From: Anaeromyxobacteraceae bacterium
Lineage (GTDB): Bacteria; Myxococcota; Myxococcia; Myxococcales; Anaeromyxobacteraceae
Length of the DNA: 64,000 bases
Assembly (NCBI GenBank): GCA_032654565.1
Contig: JAULAX010000009.1
Span: 160,001-224,000, forward strand
Direction: 5' to 3'
Made by a program: the position numbers and the translations under genes. The notes under the pieces are model-generated. The model did not search any database, had not been told where the DNA came from, and was given only the letters and a program-made list of their open reading frames with translations. Numbering within the stretch: position 1 is the stretch's first letter; each line of letters begins with the position of its first letter. This document shows positions 56,871 to 64,000 of the stretch, piece after piece.

Positions 56871-57485
56871 ATGGCCCAGCGCGAGACCCGAGCCCCACTC
56901 TTCCTCAAGTCGACCACGCCGCGATCCCACGTCGAGCCGTGCACCTTCGCGCCAGGCCCCGCCGCCATCGGCCTGGCCCCCGCACCCGCGGCCGAGCCCG
57001 CGCCCCAGGCTCCGCCCCCGGCCCCGGCCGCCGACGCCGGGCAGGTCCGCCGGGAGGCCATGGAGCGGGTCGCCGACGCGGTCCGCACCCTGAGCCTGGA
57101 GGCCGAGCGGGTCGCCGAGCAGGCTCGCGGAGATGCCATCGAGATCGGCTTCCAGGTCGCCAGCCGCATCCTCGAGATGGAGGTCAAGGCGAACCCCGAG
57201 GCGCTCTTCGCGCTGGTCCGGTCGGCGCTGCGCAAGGCCGGAGACTCGCGGCGGGTGGTGGTGCGGCTGGCGCCGGGCGACGCCGCCGTGCTCGACACCG
57301 ACCGGACCCGCCTCAACGAGGGGGCGCTCGCCTCCGCCCGTGTCGAGGTGCTCCCGGACGCCGCCCTCCTTCCCGGGGACTGCCTGGTGGAGACCGACTT
57401 CGGCCAGATCGACGGCCGGCTCGCCACCCGGCTCTCCGAGGCCAGGCGCGCCGTCAAGGCCGCCCTCGAGGGGGGCGCCGCGTGA
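56871..57485 (+). CDS. fliH: Flagellar assembly protein FliH
   Basis: Lies between fliG and fliI; VRLAPGD..D.AL.PGDCLVETDFGQIDG. Confidence 0.85.
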   Translation: MAQRETRAPLFLKSTTPRSHVEPCTFAPGPAAIGLAPAPAAEPAPQAPPPAPAADAGQVRREAMERVADAVRTLSLEAERVAEQARGDAIEIGFQVASRILEMEVKANPEALFALVRSALRKAGDSRRVVVRLAPGDAAVLDTDRTRLNEGALASARVEVLPDAALLPGDCLVETDFGQIDGRLATRLSEARRAVKAALEGGAA

Positions 57486-58816
57486 TGGCCCGGGACATGG
57501 AGGCCATCCGGTGCTCCCTGGCCGAGATGGACCCGGTCCCGCTCACCGGGATGGTCCAGCGCGCCACCGGCCTGGTCGTCGAGGCCTCGCTGCCCGGGGT
57601 CCCGGTCGGCACGGTCTGCGAGATCGTCGCCCGCGACGGCTCCATCGTCCTCTCCGAGGTGGTCGGCTTCGTCGGCTCGACGGCCCGGCTCATGGCCCTC
57701 TCCGACATCCACGGGGTCGGCGAGGGGTGCGCGGTGGTGCCGCGCGCCGCCGCCGGGCACGTCCCGGTGGGCGCCGCCCTGCTCGGCCGGGTGGTCGACG
57801 CCTCGCTCCGCCCGCTCGACCAGGGTCCGGTCCCCCTGCTGCGAGAGCGCGCCGAGCTCCACGGGCTGCCGCCCCCGGCCATGTCGCGCCGGAGGGTGAG
57901 CCACCCGCTCTGCCTCGGCCTCCGGTCGATCGACGCCTTCCTGACCGTCGGCGAGGGCCAGCGCATGGCCGTGCTGGCCGGCCCTGGCGTCGGGAAGAGC
58001 GTGCTGCTCGGCATGCTGGCCCGCTCCGCCCAGGCCGACGTCGTGGTGGTCGGCCTGATCGGCGAGCGCGGCCGCGAGGTGCGCGAGTTCATCGAGCGGG
58101 ACCTCGGCGAGGGGCTGAAGCGTGCCGTGGTGGTCGTCTCCACCAGCGACGAGTCCCCGGTGAAGCGGCTGCGCGCCGCCTTCGTGACCACCGCCGTCGC
58201 CGAGCACTTCCGGGCCCATGGGAAGCGGGTGCTGCTCCTCGTCGACTCCCTCTCCCGGATCGCCATGGCGCAGCGCGAGATCGGCCTGGCCGCCGGTGAG
58301 CCTCCCACCACCAAGGGCTACCCGCCGTCGACCTTCGCCCTCGTCCCGCGGCTGGTGGAGCGGGCGGGCAACGACAGCGGGGTGGGGAGCATCACCGCCT
58401 TCTACACGGTCCTCGCCGAGGGCGACGACCAGGCCGACCCCATCGTCGACGTCGCCAAGGCGACGCTGGACGGCCACATCGTCCTCTCCCGCAAGCTGGC
58501 CGAGATGGGCCAGTTCCCCGCCGTCGACATCCTCGCCAGCGTCTCCAGGGTCATGACCGACATCGTCCCGCCGGGGCACCTCGACCTGGCCAGGCAGGGG
58601 CGCGAGGTGGTCGCCGCCTACCGCGAGGCGGCCGACCTCATCGAGGTTGGCGCCTACGTCCACGGCTCGAACCCCCGGGTCGACAAGGCGATCGCCTGCA
58701 TCCACGGGCTCGAGGCCTTCTGCCGGCAGGGACCGGCCGACCGCTCCCTGATCGATGAGACCCTGGGCCGCCTGCGCGGCCTGCTCGCCACCCCGCATGA
58801 GGCGCGCCATGCTTGA
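57485..58816 (+). CDS. fliI: Flagellar export ATPase FliI
   Basis: GPGVGKS (Walker A), GERGREV, LLVDS, AGEPPTTKGYPPS, LDGHIVLSR. Confidence 0.95.
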   Translation: MARDMEAIRCSLAEMDPVPLTGMVQRATGLVVEASLPGVPVGTVCEIVARDGSIVLSEVVGFVGSTARLMALSDIHGVGEGCAVVPRAAAGHVPVGAALLGRVVDASLRPLDQGPVPLLRERAELHGLPPPAMSRRRVSHPLCLGLRSIDAFLTVGEGQRMAVLAGPGVGKSVLLGMLARSAQADVVVVGLIGERGREVREFIERDLGEGLKRAVVVVSTSDESPVKRLRAAFVTTAVAEHFRAHGKRVLLLVDSLSRIAMAQREIGLAAGEPPTTKGYPPSTFALVPRLVERAGNDSGVGSITAFYTVLAEGDDQADPIVDVAKATLDGHIVLSRKLAEMGQFPAVDILASVSRVMTDIVPPGHLDLARQGREVVAAYREAADLIEVGAYVHGSNPRVDKAIACIHGLEAFCRQGPADRSLIDETLGRLRGLLATPHEARHA

Positions 58817-59612
58817 CCTGCTCCTCGCCGCGCTCCTCGCCACCAGCTCGCCGGAGGGGCCGGTGGCCCCAAGCCACCCGACCGCCCCGGAGATCCCCGA
58901 AGCCCTGCCGCCCGGCGGATCCGGCCACGCGCCTGGGTCGGTCACGCCGATGCCTCCCTCCCCCGCCACCGCTCCGGCCGCGTCGGCCCCCGCGCCGCAG
59001 CCATCCGCGGCGCCGCCGGAACTCCCGGCCAAGGGCCCACGGGCCGGGGTGGCGCCGAAGCCGGCGGCCACCACGGCGCCGGCCGCCCCCGCCTCGGAGG
59101 ACCCGGTCCCGCCGGCGGTGCCCCCGTCGGCCGCGGTCAAGGCCTTCCTCGACGAGGTCGGGACCGCCAGCCGTGACCAGCGCGCGGCGCGGCTGCGCAA
59201 CGAGCAGGAGCGGGCCCGCCTCGAGAAGCTGGCCAGGGAGATCGCCGAGGCCCGGGCCGCCATGCGGGTCGAGACCGCGAAGCTGGAGACCCTGGCCCAG
59301 AAGGTCGCCGCGCGTCCCCCGCCGGCGCCAGAGGCGCCGTCCGCGCCTCCGCCCGACGCGGCGGCGCAGGCGGCCGCGGCGACCTCTGCGGCCCAGGCCG
59401 CGACGCAGGCGCGTGAGTCGCTGGCCAAGACCCTGAAGGGCATGCGCCCGGAGCGCGCCGCCGATCTCGTCTCCCGGCTCGAGCCTTCACTGGCCGTATC
59501 ATTGCTGAGCCGGTCGAAGCCGGGGGACGTGGCCGCGATCCTCGAGAAGCTCAAGCCGGAGACCGCCGCGGACCTGGTGGCCAGGCTGGCGTCGGCGAAG
59601 GTGGTCCGATGA
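58809..59612 (+). CDS. MotE/FlbB-like flagellar protein (MgtE N-terminal-like C-domain)
   Basis: Signal or TM, Pro-rich linker, coiled coil, LAKTLKGMRPERAA..L..VAAILEKLKPETAA. Confidence 0.7.
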   Translation: MLDLLLAALLATSSPEGPVAPSHPTAPEIPEALPPGGSGHAPGSVTPMPPSPATAPAASAPAPQPSAAPPELPAKGPRAGVAPKPAATTAPAAPASEDPVPPAVPPSAAVKAFLDEVGTASRDQRAARLRNEQERARLEKLAREIAEARAAMRVETAKLETLAQKVAARPPPAPEAPSAPPPDAAAQAAAATSAAQAATQARESLAKTLKGMRPERAADLVSRLEPSLAVSLLSRSKPGDVAAILEKLKPETAADLVARLASAKVVR

Positions 59613-60760
59613 CCGCCCTGGGCGTCGAGGCCGGGCTGCCGGGCGCCACCGGGAGCGAGCGCCCTGAGGCCAAGCCCCCTCCCGCGCGCGCCAGGCGCCG
59701 TGGCACGGAGGCCGCCGAGGAGACCGCGGGCGGCGCCACCGGCTTCGAGAAGGCCATGCGGCGCGAGGCCCTCCGCACGGCCGACCGGATCGAGCCCCCC
59801 GCCGAGGGGTTCGCCCCCTTCGCGCGCCCTGCGCCGTCGTCGCCCGCTGCGGCTCCCGGCGAGACCGAGGCTGCCGAACCCACGCCCCGGCACCAGGGCG
59901 AGGAGCGCCCGGCCCGGGTCCGGCCCGGGAGCGCGGGACGTTCCGCGCCCGAGCCTGGTCCGGGGGCCCTCCTCCAGGCCGCCGCGGCAGGCGCAGGCCT
60001 CGCGCCGCGCCAGGCCACCGCGCCCGGGGCCGGGCCGGGTGGAGCCGAGGTCTCCCACCGGTCCGGCACGGTTGCCGGCAGCACCCACCCGGAGCTGGAA
60101 GGCGCCGAGTCCTCCGCCGGACCCCAGGGCACGGAGGAGGCCCGCCGGCCGCTCCACGAGGCCGCCGGCCCGGTCCCGGGCTGGAAGGCGCCGGCGCTTC
60201 CCTCCTCGGCGGCGTCCGACGGCTCCAGCGCCACCGCGCCCTCCACCTCGGCCCGATCGGTCGGTGGCGCCGCGACGGCGGGAGCCCCCACCCCGGGGCA
60301 CTCCGTCGACCTGCGGGCGCAGGACGGGGCCGGCGTGACCGGCGCCATCCTCCAGAGCGCGGCCCACCTTCGCATCGAGGGGGTCCCCGGCGGGATCGGC
60401 GACATCGAGCTCCACCTGCGGGTGCGCGGCGACGTCACCCACGTCCGCATCGACGGCGAGGCCGGGCGCATCGCCTCGCTGAACGCGCCCGAGCTCGCGA
60501 CCGCCCTCGCCTCCGCCGGCCTCTCGCTCGGCCGCCTCGACACCCCTCCCGTCGCGGCGCCGTCGGCCGCCACCCCGTCCGGCGCCTTCGGCCAGCGCTC
60601 CGGTGGCGACCCCGGGGCGAACCACTCCCAGTCGCAGTCCCAGGGGCAGCCGGAGCCCCACCTGCCGGGCCAGCCGCCGCCCTCGCACCAGCCCAGGTCC
60701 ACCCGCGACGCCTCGGGGCGCAGCACCACCCGCGGCGGCCGCGTTCACGTCGAAGCCTAG
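59609..60760 (+). CDS. fliK: Probable flagellar hook-length control protein
   Basis: Low-complexity Pro/Ala N-region; C-terminal AHLRIE..G.IELHLRV..V.I..L..ALASAGL (T3S4-like); lies just before flgD. Confidence 0.6.
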   Translation: MTALGVEAGLPGATGSERPEAKPPPARARRRGTEAAEETAGGATGFEKAMRREALRTADRIEPPAEGFAPFARPAPSSPAAAPGETEAAEPTPRHQGEERPARVRPGSAGRSAPEPGPGALLQAAAAGAGLAPRQATAPGAGPGGAEVSHRSGTVAGSTHPELEGAESSAGPQGTEEARRPLHEAAGPVPGWKAPALPSSAASDGSSATAPSTSARSVGGAATAGAPTPGHSVDLRAQDGAGVTGAILQSAAHLRIEGVPGGIGDIELHLRVRGDVTHVRIDGEAGRIASLNAPELATALASAGLSLGRLDTPPVAAPSAATPSGAFGQRSGGDPGANHSQSQSQGQPEPHLPGQPPPSHQPRSTRDASGRSTTRGGRVHVEA

Positions 60761-60768
60761 GAGGCGTC

Positions 60769-61446
60769 ATGCAGACCAACACCATCACCCAGGCGACCGG
60801 CTCCCCGAGCGACACGCCGTCCACCACCGCCACCAACCAGCTCGGCAAGGACCAGTTCCTCAGGCTGCTGCTGGCCCAGCTCGCCAACCAGGACCCGACC
60901 AAGCCCGTCGACAACCAGGCCTTCATCGCCCAGCTCGCCCAGTTCTCGTCGCTGGAGCAGCTCCAGGCCGTCGGGAAGAAGCTCGACATGATGACCGTCG
61001 CCCAGGCCTCCTCGAACCAGCTCCAGGTCACCGGCCTGGTCGGCAAGGAGGTGGTCTTCAGGACCGACGTCCTCCACCTGGAGGGGAAGCCACTCACCCT
61101 CCAGGGGAACCTCTCCGGGCGGGCCGACAGCGTGGTGGCCGTCGTCACCGACTCCAACGGCAAGGTGGTGCGCACCATGGCGCTCGGCGCCCGCGACGCC
61201 GGGCCCTTCGACTTCACCTGGGATGGCCGGGACGACTCGGGCTCGACGCTGCCTCCGGGCGACTACCACGTCGCCATCACCGCCGGCCGCGTCGATGGCT
61301 CTCCCGTGGAGGCCGAGCTCCGCAGCCGCGGCACCGTCGACTCGGTGATCTTCGACTCCACCACGCCGGTGCTCATGGTGGGCACCCAGCGCGTGAACCT
61401 CTCCGACGTCTCGGCCGTCTCCGAGCCGCCGCACCCCGTCAACTAG
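60769..61446 (+). CDS. flgD: Flagellar hook capping protein FlgD
   Basis: LGKDQFLRLLLAQLANQDPTKP..FIAQLAQFSSLEQL; FTWDGRD..G.Y. Confidence 0.96.
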   Translation: MQTNTITQATGSPSDTPSTTATNQLGKDQFLRLLLAQLANQDPTKPVDNQAFIAQLAQFSSLEQLQAVGKKLDMMTVAQASSNQLQVTGLVGKEVVFRTDVLHLEGKPLTLQGNLSGRADSVVAVVTDSNGKVVRTMALGARDAGPFDFTWDGRDDSGSTLPPGDYHVAITAGRVDGSPVEAELRSRGTVDSVIFDSTTPVLMVGTQRVNLSDVSAVSEPPHPVN

Positions 61447-61486
61447 CCGGTTCACCTCCTCGCACCCGCTGCAGAAAGGAAGCGCC

Positions 61487-62773
61487 ATGGGCCTCCTCAC
61501 CTCGATGTCCTCCGCGGTCTCGGGAATCCAGTCCGCCAGCGCAGAGCTCTCGGTCATCAGCGACAACATCGCCAACGCCGGCACGGTGGGCTTCAAGGCC
61601 GAGCGCGCGGCCTTCGAGGACGCGCTCTACCAGTCGGTGCTGGGCGGCGGCGGGCAGATCGGCCTCGGCTCCCGCCTCGAGGCCGTGCAGAAGATCCTCA
61701 CCCAGGGGGCCCTGACCTCGACCGGCCTCAACACCGACCTGGCGCTCCAGGGGAAGGGCTTCTTCATCGTCCACGGGTCGTACGGCGGGGAGGTCGGCGA
61801 GTTCTACACCCGCGCCGGGCAGACCACCTTCGACAAGGACGGGTACCTCGTCAACCTCCAGGGGCTCCGGGTGCAGGGCTTCCCCGCTGACGCCACCGGC
61901 GCCATCTCCACGGTCCCGGGCGACCTGCTGGTCGGGAACGCCCAGGCCGTCCCCATCGCGACCGCCAACGTGACCATGAAGGGGAACCTGAGCTCGGACG
62001 CGGTGGCGCCCGCCCTCCCGTGGGATCCCCTCAACCCGTCGACCACCTCGAACTTCTCCACCAGCGTCACCGCCTACGACTCGCTGGGGAGCCCGCACCC
62101 GGTCCAGGTCTTCTTCCGCATCACGGCGGCCGGCACCTGGGACTGGCACGCCATGACCGATGGCAATGGCTTGACCGGCGGCGCGGCCGGCGTGCTCACC
62201 GAGATCGCGGCAGGCACGCTCGCCTTCGACTCCTCGGGCGCCCTCACCACCGTCACCCAGGCCTCCAACTTCAACCCGCTCGGGGCCGTCAACCCGCAGC
62301 CGCTCACCTTCAACTTCGGCGACCCCACCGGGGCTGGGGGCACCGGCTTCTCCGGGATGACCCAGTTCGCGGCCGAGTCGGCCGCGACCTTCGTCGGCCA
62401 GGACGGGTACCCCTCGGGCACCCTCTCGGCGATCCAGGTGGAGCAGGATGGCCGGATCTCCGGCGTCTTCTCCAACGGCCAGCACCGCGTCCTCGGCCAG
62501 ATCGCGGTGGCCGACTTCCCCGCCGCGGACCAGATGCTGCGGATCGGCGGCAACCTCTACTCCGCCACCTCGGCGGCCGGCCAGCCGGTCATCGGGGCAC
62601 CCGGAGAGGGCGGGCGGGCCTCCGTCATCGCCGGCGCCCTCGAGCAGTCCAACGTCGACATCGCCGAGCAGTTCGTCCGCATGATCGCGGCCCAGCGCTA
62701 CTTCGAGGCCAACTCGAAGAGCATCACCACGGCGGACCAGCTCCTCTCGGAGCTCATCGCCATGAAGAGATAG
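61487..62773 (+). CDS. flgE: Flagellar hook protein FlgE
   Basis: VISDNIANAGTVGFK, DLALQGKGFF, YTRAG, YDSLG, QDGY, GALEQSNVDIAEQ. Confidence 0.96.
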   Translation: MGLLTSMSSAVSGIQSASAELSVISDNIANAGTVGFKAERAAFEDALYQSVLGGGGQIGLGSRLEAVQKILTQGALTSTGLNTDLALQGKGFFIVHGSYGGEVGEFYTRAGQTTFDKDGYLVNLQGLRVQGFPADATGAISTVPGDLLVGNAQAVPIATANVTMKGNLSSDAVAPALPWDPLNPSTTSNFSTSVTAYDSLGSPHPVQVFFRITAAGTWDWHAMTDGNGLTGGAAGVLTEIAAGTLAFDSSGALTTVTQASNFNPLGAVNPQPLTFNFGDPTGAGGTGFSGMTQFAAESAATFVGQDGYPSGTLSAIQVEQDGRISGVFSNGQHRVLGQIAVADFPAADQMLRIGGNLYSATSAAGQPVIGAPGEGGRASVIAGALEQSNVDIAEQFVRMIAAQRYFEANSKSITTADQLLSELIAMKR

Positions 62774-62824
62774 CGCTGAAGATCCTCGTCCGGCGTGACG
62801 AAGAGATCATGGGCGGAGGCCCCC

Positions 62825-63073
62825 ATGATCTCTCTCACTCGGCTCGACGGGAAGGACCTGGTGGTCAACGCTGACCACATCCTCACCGCCGAGCAGACCC
62901 CTGATACGGTGCTCTACCTCTCGAACGGCCAGCGCCTGATGGTGCGGGAGTCGGTCGAGGACGTGGTGGAGCGTGTGGTCGCCTACCGGCGCCGCCTGGC
63001 GGGCGGGCCGGAGGTGCGGAGAGCCGTGGTCCAGTTTCCCCGGGGCGTGCCAGACCCCCCCCAGGCGGAGTGA
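62825..63073 (+). CDS. flbD: Flagellar FlbD (SwrD)-family protein
   Basis: MISLTRLDG...VNADHI...EQTPDTV..L.NG...VRES. Confidence 0.9.
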   Translation: MISLTRLDGKDLVVNADHILTAEQTPDTVLYLSNGQRLMVRESVEDVVERVVAYRRRLAGGPEVRRAVVQFPRGVPDPPQAE

Positions 63074-63076
63074 ACC

Positions 63077-63856
63077 ATGGACTTCACGACCATCGGAGGC
63101 ATCCTCCTCGCCGTCGGCCTCATCCTCCTCGGCCAGGCCCTGGAAGGAGGCCACGTCAGCTCGGTGCTGCAGGCGACCGCCGCGCTCATCGTCTTCGGCG
63201 GCACCATCGGCGCCACCATGGTGGCCTTCCCGACCAAGGACTTCGTCCGCGGGCTGAAGATGGTGGGGCTGGCGTTCGGCAACGCCACCCACGACCTCGC
63301 CGCCCTCACCAAGCAGATCGTCGAGCTGGCCAGCGTGGCCCGCCGCGACGGCGTGCTGGCGCTGGAGGGCCAGCTCCCTGGCATCAGCGACCCCTTCCTG
63401 CGCCGGGCCCTGCAGTTCGCGGTGGACGGCGTGGACGGCGACGTCACCCGCGACTCGCTGGAGACCGCCATCGAGGCCGAGTTCCAGGAGAAGGTGGTCG
63501 GCGCCAAGGTCTGGGAGACCATGGGCGGGTTCTCGCCCACTATCGGCATCATCGGCGCCGTGCTCGGGCTGATCCACGTGATGGAGAACCTGAGCGATCC
63601 CTCCAAGCTGGGCGGAGGCATCGCCACCGCCTTCGTGGCCACGGTCTACGGCGTCGGCGCCGCCAACATCCTGTTCCTCCCCATCGCCACCAAGCTCAAG
63701 CGGAAGCTCACCCTGGAGAAGGAGCGGAAGACCATCATCGCCGAGGGCATCATCGCCATCCAGGAGGGGCTGAACCCGCGGATCCTCGAGGAGAAGCTCC
63801 GCGCCTTCACCGGCGAGGAGCCCCCCGGGGAGGCCGCCGCCAAGAAGGCCGCGTAG
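63077..63856 (+). CDS. motA: Flagellar stator protein MotA
   Basis: ALIVFGGTIGA, ARRDGVLALE, PTIGIIGAVLGLI, AFVATVYG, G.NPRIL. Confidence 0.95.
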   Translation: MDFTTIGGILLAVGLILLGQALEGGHVSSVLQATAALIVFGGTIGATMVAFPTKDFVRGLKMVGLAFGNATHDLAALTKQIVELASVARRDGVLALEGQLPGISDPFLRRALQFAVDGVDGDVTRDSLETAIEAEFQEKVVGAKVWETMGGFSPTIGIIGAVLGLIHVMENLSDPSKLGGGIATAFVATVYGVGAANILFLPIATKLKRKLTLEKERKTIIAEGIIAIQEGLNPRILEEKLRAFTGEEPPGEAAAKKAA

Positions 63857-63870
63857 CCAGGGGGCGCCAC

Positions 63871-64000
63871 GTGTCGGGACACCGGAAGAAGAAGCACCAC
63901 GAGGAAGAGCACGAGAACCACGAGCGGTGGCTGGTCTCCTACGCCGACTTCATCACCCTGCTCTTCGCCTTCTTCGTGGTCATGTACTCGGTCAGCCGCG
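63871..64000 (+). CDS. motB: Flagellar stator protein MotB, 5' part (truncated by the window edge)
   Basis: HEEEHENHERWLVSYADFITLLFAFFVVMYS; conserved Asp, and Val at the position typical of H+-type stators. Confidence 0.93.
   Translation, partial: MSGHRKKKHHEEEHENHERWLVSYADFITLLFAFFVVMYSVSR

Noticed and set aside
54245..58816. Injectisome-type T3SS
   Set aside because: Rod, hook, hook-cap and stator genes (flgBC, flgDE, motAB) identify a flagellum.

Overview
Very GC-rich 64 kb window that looks like an Anaeromyxobacter-like member of Myxococcota. This is an inference from a MYXO-CTERM motif, a myxosortase-like CPBP protease, a tandem-PilZ protein, Cys-rich surface proteins and a flagellar cluster. 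Contents in order: (1) an 11-gene complex I operon nuoABCDHIJKLMN without nuoEFG, with His-rich and Pro/Ala insertions; (2) PilZ, OmpA plus an internally deleted ice-binding (DUF3494) remnant, DUF1003, PHP and Rrf2; (3) a minus-strand run of CPBP/myxosortase, dGTPase, lid-less Hsp70, J-domain/TPR, CvpA and deoxyhypusine synthase-like genes; (4) a divergent 1836-aa surface protein; (5) a receiver protein, gltX, a UPF0016 transporter, a large NAD-glutamate dehydrogenase and a discoidin-like secreted protein; (6) a coupled Ntn-acylase, lipase and FadL operon near an acyl-CoA ligase; (7) two hemerythrins (one broken by an in-frame TAG), a GGDEF protein, two sensor-less sigma54 activators and flgBC-fliEFGHI-motE-fliK-flgDE-flbD-motA-motB (partial). 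The best candidate for an undescribed system is the 1836-aa protein: an internal MYXO-CTERM runs directly into a second lipoprotein signal, suggesting a polyprotein cut into two separately anchored surface proteins, encoded next to its likely sortase. No rRNA, tRNA, CRISPR array or mobile element was recognised. Starts were adjusted by eye from the ORF track, and family calls rest on motif recognition, not database searches.
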